In this document: positions 1 through 9,669 of the stretch, one piece after another | How positions within the stretch are numbered: position 1 is the stretch's first letter | How the letters are laid out: the number at the start of each line of letters is the position of its first letter | Source: Cyanobacteria bacterium P01_A01_bin.123 | GTDB lineage: Bacteria > Cyanobacteriota > Cyanobacteriia > Phormidesmidales > Phormidesmidaceae | Reading direction: 5' to 3' | Length of the DNA stretch: 51,509 nt | NCBI GenBank assembly: GCA_039815185.1 | Contig: JBCBZT010000053.1 | Location: 1 to 51,509 of the forward strand | Notes under the pieces: generated by a model | The model's input: only the letters and a program-made list of their open reading frames with translations | Database searches by the model: none | Told to the model about the DNA's origin: nothing | Program-made: the position numbers and the translations under genes

Positions 1-136
1 ACCCTCCCTCGCGGGAACGCCCTTGCCTTAAGCTAGTCGTTGTTGTCTCTCGGCTCCTATGATTTTCGAGCATTTGGACACTGGTTCTCCGACAGGGGAC
101 TTGCACCCCATTAGTTCACGCCCGTGCCGGGCGTAC
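1..136 (-). mobile_element. Group II intron, class IIC (attC-type), 5' end/domain I; continues beyond the left edge
   Basis: The minus strand from 136 reads GTACGCCCGGCACGGGCGTGAACTAATGGGGTGCAAGTCCCCTGTC...CGACTAGCTTAAGGCAAGGGCGTTCCCGCGAGGGAGGGT. This is colinear with the class IIC 5' end as recalled for O. iheyensis/B. halodurans (GTGTGCCCGGCATGGG...GGGTGAGAGTCCC...TTAGCCTAACGCAAGGGTGTCCGTGGCGACATGG). TTGT lies immediately upstream (140-137). Confidence 0.85.
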
Positions 137-137
137 A

Positions 138-1148
138 CAAGAGGTATCCGTTGACGAACAGGAAAAATTACTAGCTTTTGTCAGTCGCTTTGGCAACCTC
201 AACGATGACTATGTCTATGCTGGATCGAGTCGATCGGGATATCGTGTCACTCCAGGAGCTGCTGCCGCTGCCGGAGATTTGGCGGAACCGTTGGCTTTTT
301 CGAGTCTGTTAGATTCAGCCTTCTGGCGGTACAAAATGCATTTTGGAGAGGGATATCACCAAGCCGCAACGATGTTGCAACCCGTCGGCGGGATGGATCA
401 AATCGCCAAAGCGTTTGCCCAGCAAGTCGGTCACCTGATTACTTACAATGCCGTCGTGAGTCAGATTCGCAAAACCCCTGCGGGGGTTCGGGTGGTCTAC
501 ACCGACGCGGCTAGCGGGGAAGAGACTGCGGTTACGGCAGATTTTGCCATCTGTACTTTCCCGCTGTCAGTGCTTAGTGATATTGAGGCTGATTTCTCAC
601 CAGCCTTTCAAGACGCGATCGCGTCCGCAGCTGATCTCTATGCCAATGCAATTAAAGTCGCATTCCAGGCGCGCCGATTTTGGGAAGAAGACCAGAATAT
701 CTATGGCGGTATTTCCTGGACAGAGGCTGATATCACTCAACTTTGGTATCCCTCAGGAGGATTTCATCAGCCCCAAGGAATTATTGTTGGCGCCTACATT
801 TGGGACAATCCCATTGCTGAGCAGTGGGAACCGATGGCCACGGCAGAGCGACTTGCCCGAGCGATCGCCGATGGCAGTAAAATTCATCCCAACTATGCAC
901 AAGAGATTTCAGCCCCTCAAGGCTGTTCTATCGCCTGGGGGAAAGTGCCCTATAGCCAAGGGGGATGGATTGAATGGGACGAAGAGACCCGAACCACGGC
1001 GTATCCAGTGCTTACCCAACCCGACGACACCATTTACCTGGCTGGGAAACATCTGAGCTATCTCACGGGATGGCAAGAGGGCGCGATTCTATCAGCCCAT
1101 GAAGCGGTGCGCGGCATCGCCAACCGAATGCAGGCGATCAGTGCTTGA
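138..1148 (+). pseudogene. 3' part of a flavin monoamine/L-amino-acid oxidase gene interrupted by the antisense group II intron
   Basis: The ORF 279..1148 frame stays open back to 138 (QEVSVDEQEKLLAFVSRFGNLNDDYVYAGSSRSGY...). It has QPVGGMDQIAKAF, FWEEDQNIYGGISWT and YLAGKHLSYLTGWQEGA motifs. The N-terminal FAD-binding GxGxxG is absent and must lie beyond the intron. Confidence 0.8.
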
Positions 1149-1224
1149 CCCAGCAAGACGGCTGTCTAGCCCTAACCCATGGGGTATGAATCTATTGTGA
1201 ACAAACCCAAATCCAAAAATCTCC

Positions 1225-1782
1225 ATGATGAAATTCCAAATTCTACAGCGGTGGCAACGAAGCGCGATCGCGACCCTGGCCCTCATCGGCATTACTTTCG
1301 CGCTTATCCTGACAACGCCCTTAGGGTCGAGGGCAGCTGAGATTATCCGCTACCCGATCCCCAACTCCACTTTCCCCATTGCCCGCGCCGTCGAAATTCC
1401 GGCGGATGCCACATTGATTTATCTGAGTGGCCAGGTGCCTCCGGTGATCGATGACACCGCCGAACCGACTTCTATTGACGCCTTTGGTAACACCGAAACT
1501 CAAACCCTGGGCGTGTTAACTCGGATTGAAGGCATCCTCAGCGATTTAGACCTGACCATAGGTGATGTGGTTAAAATGCAGGTCTTTTTAGTGGGTGATC
1601 CGGCCCTGGAGGGCCGCATGGACTTTAATGGATTTATGGCAGGCTATACCCAGTTCTTTGGCACTGAAACCCAACCCAACCTGCCTGCCCGCTCTGCCAT
1701 GCAAATCGCTGGACTGGTCAATCCCGGTTGGCTCGTCGAAATCGAAGTGGTTGCCATTCGTCCCTTTGAATCAGAAGGGTGA
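1225..1782 (+). CDS. RidA/YjgF/UK114 (Rid) family protein with N-terminal signal peptide
   Basis: LIYLSGQVP, DVVKMQVFL, PARSAMQIAGL and LVEIEVVA motifs. Basic-hydrophobic N-terminus ending in SRA/AE. Confidence 0.85.
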   Translation: MMKFQILQRWQRSAIATLALIGITFALILTTPLGSRAAEIIRYPIPNSTFPIARAVEIPADATLIYLSGQVPPVIDDTAEPTSIDAFGNTETQTLGVLTRIEGILSDLDLTIGDVVKMQVFLVGDPALEGRMDFNGFMAGYTQFFGTETQPNLPARSAMQIAGLVNPGWLVEIEVVAIRPFESEG

Positions 1783-1790
1783 CAAGCAGA

Positions 1791-3203
1791 TTAGCTCAGG
1801 CTAGCATCATTATCTTGGTGGGGTAAAAGCCAGTTCAGCAAAATAGCCGCTAAGCCACCCGTGGAAATACCTGAAGAAAAGATGTTTTTGATCAGCGCAG
1901 GCTTATCGGCCATGATGTCAGGTACGTAAACAACGCCCAAACCCAAAGCCAAGGCAACCGCCACAATAATCAAGGATCGGCGATCCATCGCTGCGGAAGA
2001 AATGATATTGATGCCAGCCACCGCGATCGTGCCAAACATCACCACTGTGGCCCCCCCTAGCACTGGCTGTGGCAACGCCTGAAAAACACCCCCCACGATT
2101 GGAAACAACCCGAGCAATGCAAAAATCCCGGCGATGAAGAAGCCCACATAGCGACTACCCACGCCTGTCATTTGAATCACCCCATTGTTTTGGCTAAAAG
2201 TGGTATTGGGGAAGGTGCCAAAAATTGACGCAATCAGGGAATTGACGCCGTCTCCCAGCACGCCGCCTTTGATTCGTCGCATGTAGGCTCCCCCTTTCAC
2301 AGGTTGACGCGATACTGCCGAAGTTGCGGTCAGATCCCCAATAGTTTCAATGGCCGTGATCAAATAGAGCAAGATGAACGGCACGAACGCGGCGAAGTTA
2401 AAGCTCATGCCGTAGCGGAAGGGAATGGGAATGCGAATCAGCGGCAACTGGCTGAGGGCACTGAAGTCAACTAGACCCAGCGCAATCGAGACTACGTAGC
2501 CGACAATTAAACCAATCGCGATCGCGCCCATCCGCAAATAGCGATTGCCCGTCATATTCAAAATCACAATGATCGCCAACACCAAGCCCCCTAACCCCAG
2601 GTTTTGGTAGCTGCCAAAGGTTTCATTTTGCTGGGCGACCACGCCACCTGCCATGCTGATGATGCCTGTTTTGATTAAGCTGAGACCAATGATCATCACC
2701 ACCGTCCCCGACACTACCGGGGTAATGATTTTTTGAGCCAAGTGTAAAAAGCGGCTCAAAAAGATTTCCACAAAGGCGCCAAAAAAGCACAGACCAAAAA
2801 TCAACGACAGCATCGACTGGGGAGATTGACCTGCATCTAAAGCGGCCAACCCCATCCCGATGATCGGCCCCAAAAAAGCAAAGCTGGTGCCTTGTAAACT
2901 CAGCAACCCTGACCCTACTGGGCCAATGCGTTTGCACTGAATAAACGTAGCCACCCCTGAAACAAATAGGGACATACTAATGATGTAACCCGTATCCGCT
3001 GGGTCTAACCCCAAAGCACCACTGATAATCAGCGGTGGCGTGATAATACCGACGAAGGACGCTAGCACATGCTGCAACGCCACAAAAATAGCTTCCAGCA
3101 CTGGAGGGCGATCGTCCAAGCCATAAATCAGGTCAGCCGCAACTTTGGGCGGGGCAGCAGTTTGGGGAGGAGTCTCGACTAAATTCTGATCAGAAGATGC
3201 CAT
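1791..3203 (-). CDS. NCS2 family xanthine/uracil permease
   Basis: ALQH motif in TM1, ETIGD, NAT signature FSQNNGVIQMTG and many TM helices. Confidence 0.92.
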   Translation of the reverse strand: MASSDQNLVETPPQTAAPPKVAADLIYGLDDRPPVLEAIFVALQHVLASFVGIITPPLIISGALGLDPADTGYIISMSLFVSGVATFIQCKRIGPVGSGLLSLQGTSFAFLGPIIGMGLAALDAGQSPQSMLSLIFGLCFFGAFVEIFLSRFLHLAQKIITPVVSGTVVMIIGLSLIKTGIISMAGGVVAQQNETFGSYQNLGLGGLVLAIIVILNMTGNRYLRMGAIAIGLIVGYVVSIALGLVDFSALSQLPLIRIPIPFRYGMSFNFAAFVPFILLYLITAIETIGDLTATSAVSRQPVKGGAYMRRIKGGVLGDGVNSLIASIFGTFPNTTFSQNNGVIQMTGVGSRYVGFFIAGIFALLGLFPIVGGVFQALPQPVLGGATVVMFGTIAVAGINIISSAAMDRRSLIIVAVALALGLGVVYVPDIMADKPALIKNIFSSGISTGGLAAILLNWLLPHQDNDASLS

Positions 3204-3471
3204 AAGCAGCCATTAACGCAACATGGGTTAATCTAGGGAACTCCTGTCCTTGAGTGTTTGAGTCTTATCACAACCTGATGCTTAGATTCTGTATCAGGCA
3301 TTGTCAGCAAATAGTTTCTCAGAAATAGCGCTAACGGATGCATTAAACCAAGGACACTGTCAAATGGCATCGATCATTCTGAGCGAAAATAGCAGACCCT
3401 TTGCCATCGGAGGCTGTAGCCACCTATCGTATAAGGCATATAGGATCCACCGTTGATAAGGGAAATTAAAG

Positions 3472-4767
3472 ATGAAATATCAATGGCAACGCTCGATTGG
3501 ACTGATGCTTGCACTGGCAACCCCCCTAGCAGCCTGTAATAGTGCTCAGACTGAGGGTGACTCTGAGAGCAGCAATGACACGGGTAATCAGACCGTCACG
3601 ATTCTGGGCGTGATCGTCGGTGAGCAGCAAGCCAAACTTGAGCAGGCTCTGGCTCCCTTTGAAGAAGAAACGGGTATTGATGTGATTTATGAGGGTACCG
3701 ACGCCTTTGCGACGCTGCTACCCGTACGAGTTGAGTCGGGTGATGCACCGGATATTGCCATGTTTCCCCAGCCCGGTTTAATGGCCGATTTTGTTGAAGA
3801 GGGTGCCCTCGTACCCATCACAGACGTGATGGATGAGGCTACGTTATCTGAGGCCTACCCAGACACCTGGTTGGAATTGGGTACCTTTGGCGATAGCATC
3901 TATGGCCTCTGGTACCGGGTTTCGGTGAAGAGCCTTGTCTGGTATAGTCCAACTGCATTTGAGGCCAAGGGCTACAACATCCCGACGACTTGGGACGAAA
4001 TGCTGGCGCTGAGTGATCAGATTGTGGCCGATGGGGGCACGCCTTGGTGCGTTGGCTTAGAGAGCGGAGATGCGACGGGTTGGCCAGGCACCGACTGGGT
4101 TGAAGACATCATGCTCCGCACAGCAGGGCCGGAGGTCTATGACCAGTGGATCCAGAACGAAATTCCCTTTAACGATGCACCCGTTGCAACTGCCTTTGAC
4201 CAATTTGGTGAAGTAGTGCTGAATCCTGACTATGTAGTGGGGGGTTCAGTAGGGGCGATTAGCACCCCGTTTGGAGACTCTCCTAAAGGATTATTTGGCG
4301 ACGATCCAACCTGCTACATGCACCGTCAGGCCAACTTCATCGCCAGCTTTTTTCCAGAGGACGTGGTGCTGGGTGAAGACGTAGACGTATTTTTGCTACC
4401 CAGCATTGATGACGCATTTGGCACACCAGTGTTGGTAGCAGGTGACGTGTTTGGCATGTTTAATGATACGCCAGAGGCCCGGGCACTAATGGAATACCTA
4501 GCATCGCCGACACCCCATGAAATCTGGGCCGGGTTGGGTGGGTTCCTATCTCCTCACAAAGCAGTCAGCCTGGAAGTATATCCCGACCCAGTGAGTATGA
4601 AGGAAGCCGAATTTCTCACTCAAGCCGAGACCATTCGCTTTGATGGATCGGATATGATGCCCGGTGCTGTGGGCACAGGCACCTTCTGGTCTGGCGTCGT
4701 AGACTATGTAGCTGGAACCCCGACTGAACAGGTTCTTGATGAAATTGAGGCAAGCTGGCCAGAGTAG
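3472..4767 (+). CDS. ggtB: Alpha-glucoside/glucosylglycerol ABC transporter substrate-binding lipoprotein (GgtB/AglE-like)
   Basis: Lipobox LAAC. PWCVGLESGDATGWPGTDWVEDIMLR, MHRQANFI and RFDGSDMMPGAVG motifs. Confidence 0.8.
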   Translation: MKYQWQRSIGLMLALATPLAACNSAQTEGDSESSNDTGNQTVTILGVIVGEQQAKLEQALAPFEEETGIDVIYEGTDAFATLLPVRVESGDAPDIAMFPQPGLMADFVEEGALVPITDVMDEATLSEAYPDTWLELGTFGDSIYGLWYRVSVKSLVWYSPTAFEAKGYNIPTTWDEMLALSDQIVADGGTPWCVGLESGDATGWPGTDWVEDIMLRTAGPEVYDQWIQNEIPFNDAPVATAFDQFGEVVLNPDYVVGGSVGAISTPFGDSPKGLFGDDPTCYMHRQANFIASFFPEDVVLGEDVDVFLLPSIDDAFGTPVLVAGDVFGMFNDTPEARALMEYLASPTPHEIWAGLGGFLSPHKAVSLEVYPDPVSMKEAEFLTQAETIRFDGSDMMPGAVGTGTFWSGVVDYVAGTPTEQVLDEIEASWPE

Positions 4768-4887
4768 AACACCGCTGACTTAGGGTCTGCGTCTCAGGCA
4801 GAACGAGTGGGTGAATAGGATGATTTCCGAGCTGAGACCGTCCTAAAATCTCTCTATCTCCTCTACTTTCCATCTCTCCCCCAAACT

Positions 4888-5868
4888 ATGCCCGAAAACC
4901 TCCTCCGACTCTTAAGCGCGATTCTCGCCATTGCCGTGGGTTGCGGCGGTGTGATTGGGGCCTTCTATGGCCTTAATCTGGTAGTCGAGCGTTTTCCTAA
5001 GACCTGGAAAAACCGTCTATTGCCTTGGGTTTATGTGGGCCCAGCAGCCTTCTTGTTGTTGGCCTACTTAGTGCTACCAACTGTGCGCACGGTCTACATC
5101 AGTTTTCTAGACAATCGTTCTGAAAACTTTGTAGGCCTCAAAAACTACCTGTTTGCCTTTACCAATCCTGATATGCTGATTGCCTTTCGCAACAACGTCA
5201 TGTGGTTGGTGCTGGTAACGGTTATCAGCGTGGGTTTGGGGCTAATTGTGGCTGTCTTGGTCGATCGGGTGCGGTACGAATCTGTGGCGAAATCGCTGAT
5301 TTTCTTACCGATGGCAATTTCTTTTGTTGGGGCCAGTGTTATTTGGCGATTTGTCTATGAGTTTCGACCTGAGGGCAGTCGCCAAATTGGGTTACTGAAT
5401 GCGATTTGGACAATGCTGGGCCATGAGCCAGTAGGGTGGTTAGTAAATCGCAGTGTCAATAACTTTGCCCTAATAGCGATCATGATCTGGCTATACACCG
5501 GGTTTTGCATGGTATTGCTTTCTTCGGCAGTTAAGGGCATTCCCAATGATGTGATCGAAGCAGCGCGGATTGATGGGGCCAGCGAATGGCAAATTTTTCG
5601 TCGTGTGATTATCCCGATGATTATGCCGACCATCACGGTAGTTTCTACCACTATCGTGGTGCTGGTGCTGAAGGTGTTTGACATTGTGTATGTGATGACT
5701 GGCGGCAACCTGGATACCGATGTAATTGCCAGTCGCATGATCAAGGAGATGTTTAACTTTAGAAACTTTGGCCGGGGCAGTGCGATCGCAACCCTGCTGC
5801 TAATCGCGGTCATCCCCGTCATGGTGGCCAACATTCGTCGCTTTACCCAACAGGAGGCCAACCGATGA
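4888..5868 (+). CDS. ggtC: Carbohydrate ABC transporter permease (GgtC/AglF-like)
   Basis: EAARIDGA loop, LIFLPMAISFVGASVIW, operon context. Confidence 0.8.
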   Translation: MPENLLRLLSAILAIAVGCGGVIGAFYGLNLVVERFPKTWKNRLLPWVYVGPAAFLLLAYLVLPTVRTVYISFLDNRSENFVGLKNYLFAFTNPDMLIAFRNNVMWLVLVTVISVGLGLIVAVLVDRVRYESVAKSLIFLPMAISFVGASVIWRFVYEFRPEGSRQIGLLNAIWTMLGHEPVGWLVNRSVNNFALIAIMIWLYTGFCMVLLSSAVKGIPNDVIEAARIDGASEWQIFRRVIIPMIMPTITVVSTTIVVLVLKVFDIVYVMTGGNLDTDVIASRMIKEMFNFRNFGRGSAIATLLLIAVIPVMVANIRRFTQQEANR

Positions 5869-6773
5869 GTACTGTTGCGCCCCGTTCCCATTCCAAACAA
5901 CTGCGTCTTAAACATCAGTCCCCTCTAGAGCGGTTACTGGCAAAAGCACCAGTTCATTTTTCAGTGATTTTGATTGCCTTTGTTTGGAGTCTACCCACGG
6001 CAGGTCTGTTTATCAGTTCTTTCCGTCCGCAGCAGGATCTGCTAGAAACGGGCTGGTGGACAGTGCTGGCCCATCCGTTTAATCTCACCCAATTCCAACT
6101 AAGTAACTACAGTGATGTACTCACCAGCCAAGGCATGGGGCAGGCGTTTCTCAATAGCTTGGTGATTTCTGTGCCCGCGACAGTAATTCCCATTGCGATC
6201 GCCACGTTTGCAGCCTATGCTCTCGCCTGGATGAACTTTCCAGGACGCCAGCTAATCTTTGCCACCATTGTGGGCCTGTTGGTGGTGCCCTTACAGATGA
6301 CGCTGATTCCTGTCCTTAGGGTTTATAACACGTTGGGGCTTTCGGGGACGTTTCTGGCGGTGTGGCTAGCCCACACCGGTTATGGGTTGCCTTTGGGAAT
6401 CTATTTGTTACGCAACTATATCGGGTCACTGCCGAGGGATTTAATTGAAGCGGCGGCGGTGGATGGAGCGTCTCACCTGAAGATCTTTACGCGATTAATC
6501 GTACCGCTCTCCATGCCTGCGATCGCGTCCTTTGCTGTCTTTCAGTTCCTTTGGGTGTGGAACGATTTATTGGTAGCTTTGGTGTACTTGGGCGGTAACC
6601 AGGACGTTGCGCCAGTGACTTTAGTGTTGCGAAATTTAGTCGGCGATCGCGGCCAGGACTGGCACTTGCTCACCGCAGGCGCATTCGTTTCGATGGTAAT
6701 ACCCCTGCTGGTGTTCTTCGCATTGCAACGTTATTTTGTTCGGGGTTTACTGGCTGGCTCGGTCAAAGGATAA
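5865..6773 (+). CDS. ggtD: Carbohydrate ABC transporter permease (GgtD/AglG-like)
   Basis: EAAAVDGA, FQFLWVWNDLLVA, QRYFVRGLLAGSVKG. ATGA overlap with the upstream gene. Confidence 0.8.
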   Translation: MSTVAPRSHSKQLRLKHQSPLERLLAKAPVHFSVILIAFVWSLPTAGLFISSFRPQQDLLETGWWTVLAHPFNLTQFQLSNYSDVLTSQGMGQAFLNSLVISVPATVIPIAIATFAAYALAWMNFPGRQLIFATIVGLLVVPLQMTLIPVLRVYNTLGLSGTFLAVWLAHTGYGLPLGIYLLRNYIGSLPRDLIEAAAVDGASHLKIFTRLIVPLSMPAIASFAVFQFLWVWNDLLVALVYLGGNQDVAPVTLVLRNLVGDRGQDWHLLTAGAFVSMVIPLLVFFALQRYFVRGLLAGSVKG

Positions 6774-6860
6774 AGGATAGGGAGTTTGAACCCTATCCAC
6801 ATCCAGATCCTCTGTTTTCCCGTAAGCTAAAAGCTCAAAGCTTTAAATCGGATGGGGTTT

Positions 6861-7964
6861 ATGACAAGCGTTGTCTTCGAGAAAGTCACTAAGCAATATC
6901 CCAACGGGTATGTGGCGGTCAAAGACCTCAATCTCACCATTGATGATCAGGAGTTTTTGGTGCTGGTGGGGCCTTCTGGCTGCGGCAAAACCACCTCCTT
7001 GCGGATGCTAGCGGGTCTTGAAGATATTTCGAGTGGCAATCTCTACATTGGCGATCGCTGTGTCAACACAGTTTCACCGAAAGAGCGCGATATTGCCATG
7101 GTGTTTCAGTCTTACGCGCTATATCCCCACATGAGCGTAGCTGAGAATATGGGCTTTAGCCTTGATTTAAAGGGCGTGTCTAAAGCCGAGATTCGGCAGC
7201 GGGTGCAGGCAGCCGCCCAACAACTCGGCATTGAACAATTACTGAACCGCAAGCCCAAGCAGCTTTCGGGTGGGCAACGGCAGCGGGTGGCGCTGGGGCG
7301 TGCCATTGTGCGCAGCCCAGCGGTGTTTTTGATGGATGAGCCACTGTCAAACCTGGACGCCAAACTCAGAGTTCAAGCGCGCGCTGAGCTGACTAAACTG
7401 CACCAGCGTCTGGGAACCACCTTTGTCTATGTCACCCATGACCAGGCAGAAGCCATGACCATGGGCACTCACATCGCTGTGATGAATCAGGGGATTTTGC
7501 AACAAGTTGACACGCCTCAAACTGTGTATGAGTACCCCAATAACCTATTTGTGGCAGGTTTCTTGGGTAGTCCATCGATGAACTTTTTCGAGGCCCAATT
7601 GCAGCGTAAAGCGGGTGAGTTAGTAATACAAACTGCCGGGATATTGCTGCCGTTATCGGGTGAATTACAGTCCCGCTATGGCGAGTATGAATCACAGGAT
7701 TTGATTTTTGGTATTCGTCCTGAAGCAATCTATCATCCCCAATACGTGCCGCCAGATATTCAAGGAGTGACGGTGCAGGCGATGGTAACCGTCGCCGAGT
7801 TGATGGGCCACGAAGTGATTATCCACTGCACTTTGTCTGACGGTGCAGAGTTCACCGCGCGCTTGGATCCTCGCGCCAAGCCTGTTGCAGGTGAGCAATT
7901 AGATTTGCTGTTTGATGTCACTCGATTTCACCTATTTGACAAGGCAACGGAGCAGACACTCTAG
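6861..7964 (+). CDS. Sugar ABC transporter ATP-binding protein (MalK/GgtA/AglK-like)
   Basis: Walker A GPSGCGKT, LSGGQRQR, MDEPLSNLD, C-terminal TOBE-like region. Alternative start at 6852. Confidence 0.9.
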   Translation: MTSVVFEKVTKQYPNGYVAVKDLNLTIDDQEFLVLVGPSGCGKTTSLRMLAGLEDISSGNLYIGDRCVNTVSPKERDIAMVFQSYALYPHMSVAENMGFSLDLKGVSKAEIRQRVQAAAQQLGIEQLLNRKPKQLSGGQRQRVALGRAIVRSPAVFLMDEPLSNLDAKLRVQARAELTKLHQRLGTTFVYVTHDQAEAMTMGTHIAVMNQGILQQVDTPQTVYEYPNNLFVAGFLGSPSMNFFEAQLQRKAGELVIQTAGILLPLSGELQSRYGEYESQDLIFGIRPEAIYHPQYVPPDIQGVTVQAMVTVAELMGHEVIIHCTLSDGAEFTARLDPRAKPVAGEQLDLLFDVTRFHLFDKATEQTL

Positions 7965-8082
7965 CAGTAATGTTTATTTATAAAACGCTGCGAAACTATT
8001 CGTCTTGAGAGATTAATTCAAAGGGCTTTGCCAACTCTGGGTTGACCTCGGTAGCCTAACGATGGAAACCGGGGGAGACATC

Positions 8083-9534
8083 ATGCTAATTCGCACACCT
8101 GATTGGGTTAAACACGCCGTTTTTTATCAAATCTTTCCCGATCGCTTTGCCCGCGCTCGCGAACCTTACTCTCAACCTGAAATGGCCGTTCCGCTGGAGC
8201 TTTGGGCGGCTCCGCCTACCCAAAGCGGTTACAAGGGCGGCGATTTATGGGGGGCGATGGAGCAGCTTGATTATCTACAAGATCTGGGAATTACGGCCAT
8301 TTACCTGACCCCAATTTTTCAGTCTGCCTGCAACCATCGCTATCACACCCACGACTATTACCGGGTTGATCCGCTGTTGGGGGGGAATCAGGCGTTTATG
8401 GATTTCCTCAAAGCGGCCCACCAGCGGGATATGCACGTGGTGCTAGATGGGGTGTTTAATCATGCCAGTCGAGGATTTTTCTTTTTTAACGACATTTTAG
8501 AAAATGGCCCCGCTTCACCCTGGCTTGATTGGTTCAAAGTCGAAAAATGGCCCCTATCTGCCTATGACGGAAGCCTCCCAGCCAACTATCGGAGTTGGGT
8601 CAATAACCGGGCGCTGCCCCAGTTTAACCACGACCATCCGGCTGTCCGGGAATACATCATGCGCATTGGCGAACACTGGATTCGCATGGGTATTGACGGG
8701 TGGCGGCTCGATGTCCCCTTTGAGGTCAAGACGGCTGGATTTTGGCAGGAATTTCGCGATCGCATCAAGGCGATCAATCCCGACGCTTATATCGTTGGGG
8801 AAGTCTGGACCGATGCCCGCCAGTTTTTAGACGGCAGCCAGTTCGATGCTGTGATGAACTATCTATTTACTGGGCCTGTTCTGGCATTTGCCGCGGGCGA
8901 TCGCGTGGTAATGGACTATGTCGAATGCCCGGACTATTATCCCTATCCGGCCCTTGATGCCCAGGGCTACACCGACAAAATCCAGGCCCTACTCGACCTT
9001 TACGACTGGGAAATTCACCAGGCCCAGCTTAATCTGCTCTCCAGCCACGACATTGCCCGTGCTTTGAGTGTCGTGGGGGAGGATGTCCCCAGCCTCGAAC
9101 TGGCCGTAGTTTTGCAAATGACTTTCCCCGGTGCTCCGTGTATTTACTACGGTGACGAAGTGGGCTTATCTGGCGGTCTCGATCCTGAAAATCGGCGCGG
9201 CTTTCCCTCCGAATCAGACTGGCATCAGGGACTGCTCAAAACCCATCGCACCCTGATTCGTCTACGCCACCTCTACCCAGCTTTGCGGACAGGAACATAT
9301 CACGTGTTATCGGCATCAGGCCAACTGCTCGTGTTTGCACGTACGCTACCAGAACAGACGGTGATCGTTGCCGTGAACACAGGTGCGCAATCGGAACATA
9401 GCAGCTTATCTTTATCCGACATTGGGTTACAATCACCTCCAGCTAAACAGCTCTATGGCAGCGGCAAGATGGAACTGACAGGCGATCGCCTGAATATTAC
9501 TCTGCCTGCCCAAAGTGCATTCATAGTGAGCTAA
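8083..9534 (+). CDS. GH13 neopullulanase/cyclomaltodextrinase-like alpha-glucan hydrolase
   Basis: FYQIFPDRF, DGVFNH, GWRLDV, GEVW and SSHD catalytic motifs. GGAG precedes ATG 8083. Confidence 0.9.
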   Translation: MLIRTPDWVKHAVFYQIFPDRFARAREPYSQPEMAVPLELWAAPPTQSGYKGGDLWGAMEQLDYLQDLGITAIYLTPIFQSACNHRYHTHDYYRVDPLLGGNQAFMDFLKAAHQRDMHVVLDGVFNHASRGFFFFNDILENGPASPWLDWFKVEKWPLSAYDGSLPANYRSWVNNRALPQFNHDHPAVREYIMRIGEHWIRMGIDGWRLDVPFEVKTAGFWQEFRDRIKAINPDAYIVGEVWTDARQFLDGSQFDAVMNYLFTGPVLAFAAGDRVVMDYVECPDYYPYPALDAQGYTDKIQALLDLYDWEIHQAQLNLLSSHDIARALSVVGEDVPSLELAVVLQMTFPGAPCIYYGDEVGLSGGLDPENRRGFPSESDWHQGLLKTHRTLIRLRHLYPALRTGTYHVLSASGQLLVFARTLPEQTVIVAVNTGAQSEHSSLSLSDIGLQSPPAKQLYGSGKMELTGDRLNITLPAQSAFIVS

Positions 9535-9669
9535 CCCCTAAGCGAAGAGCAATCACCGTAAGGGTTTAGAATGATTAGCCTTTGGGATATTAAGTGCAAG
9601 TACTGACTCCACTTGATCAATTGTTTGGGCATTCTAAGGGTACTTTCAGTCCACTCGATGCAGTAGCCC

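Noticed and set aside
279..1148. ORF-track start at TTG 279 as a complete 289-aa gene
   Set aside because: Homology continues upstream to 138 and the FAD-binding N-terminus is missing, so it is a fragment.
3272..3306. NtcA box or purine riboswitch upstream of the xanthine permease
   Set aside because: Only a TGTATCA half-site with no properly spaced TAN3T. The CCTGAT...ATCAGG hairpin lacks a purine-riboswitch core.
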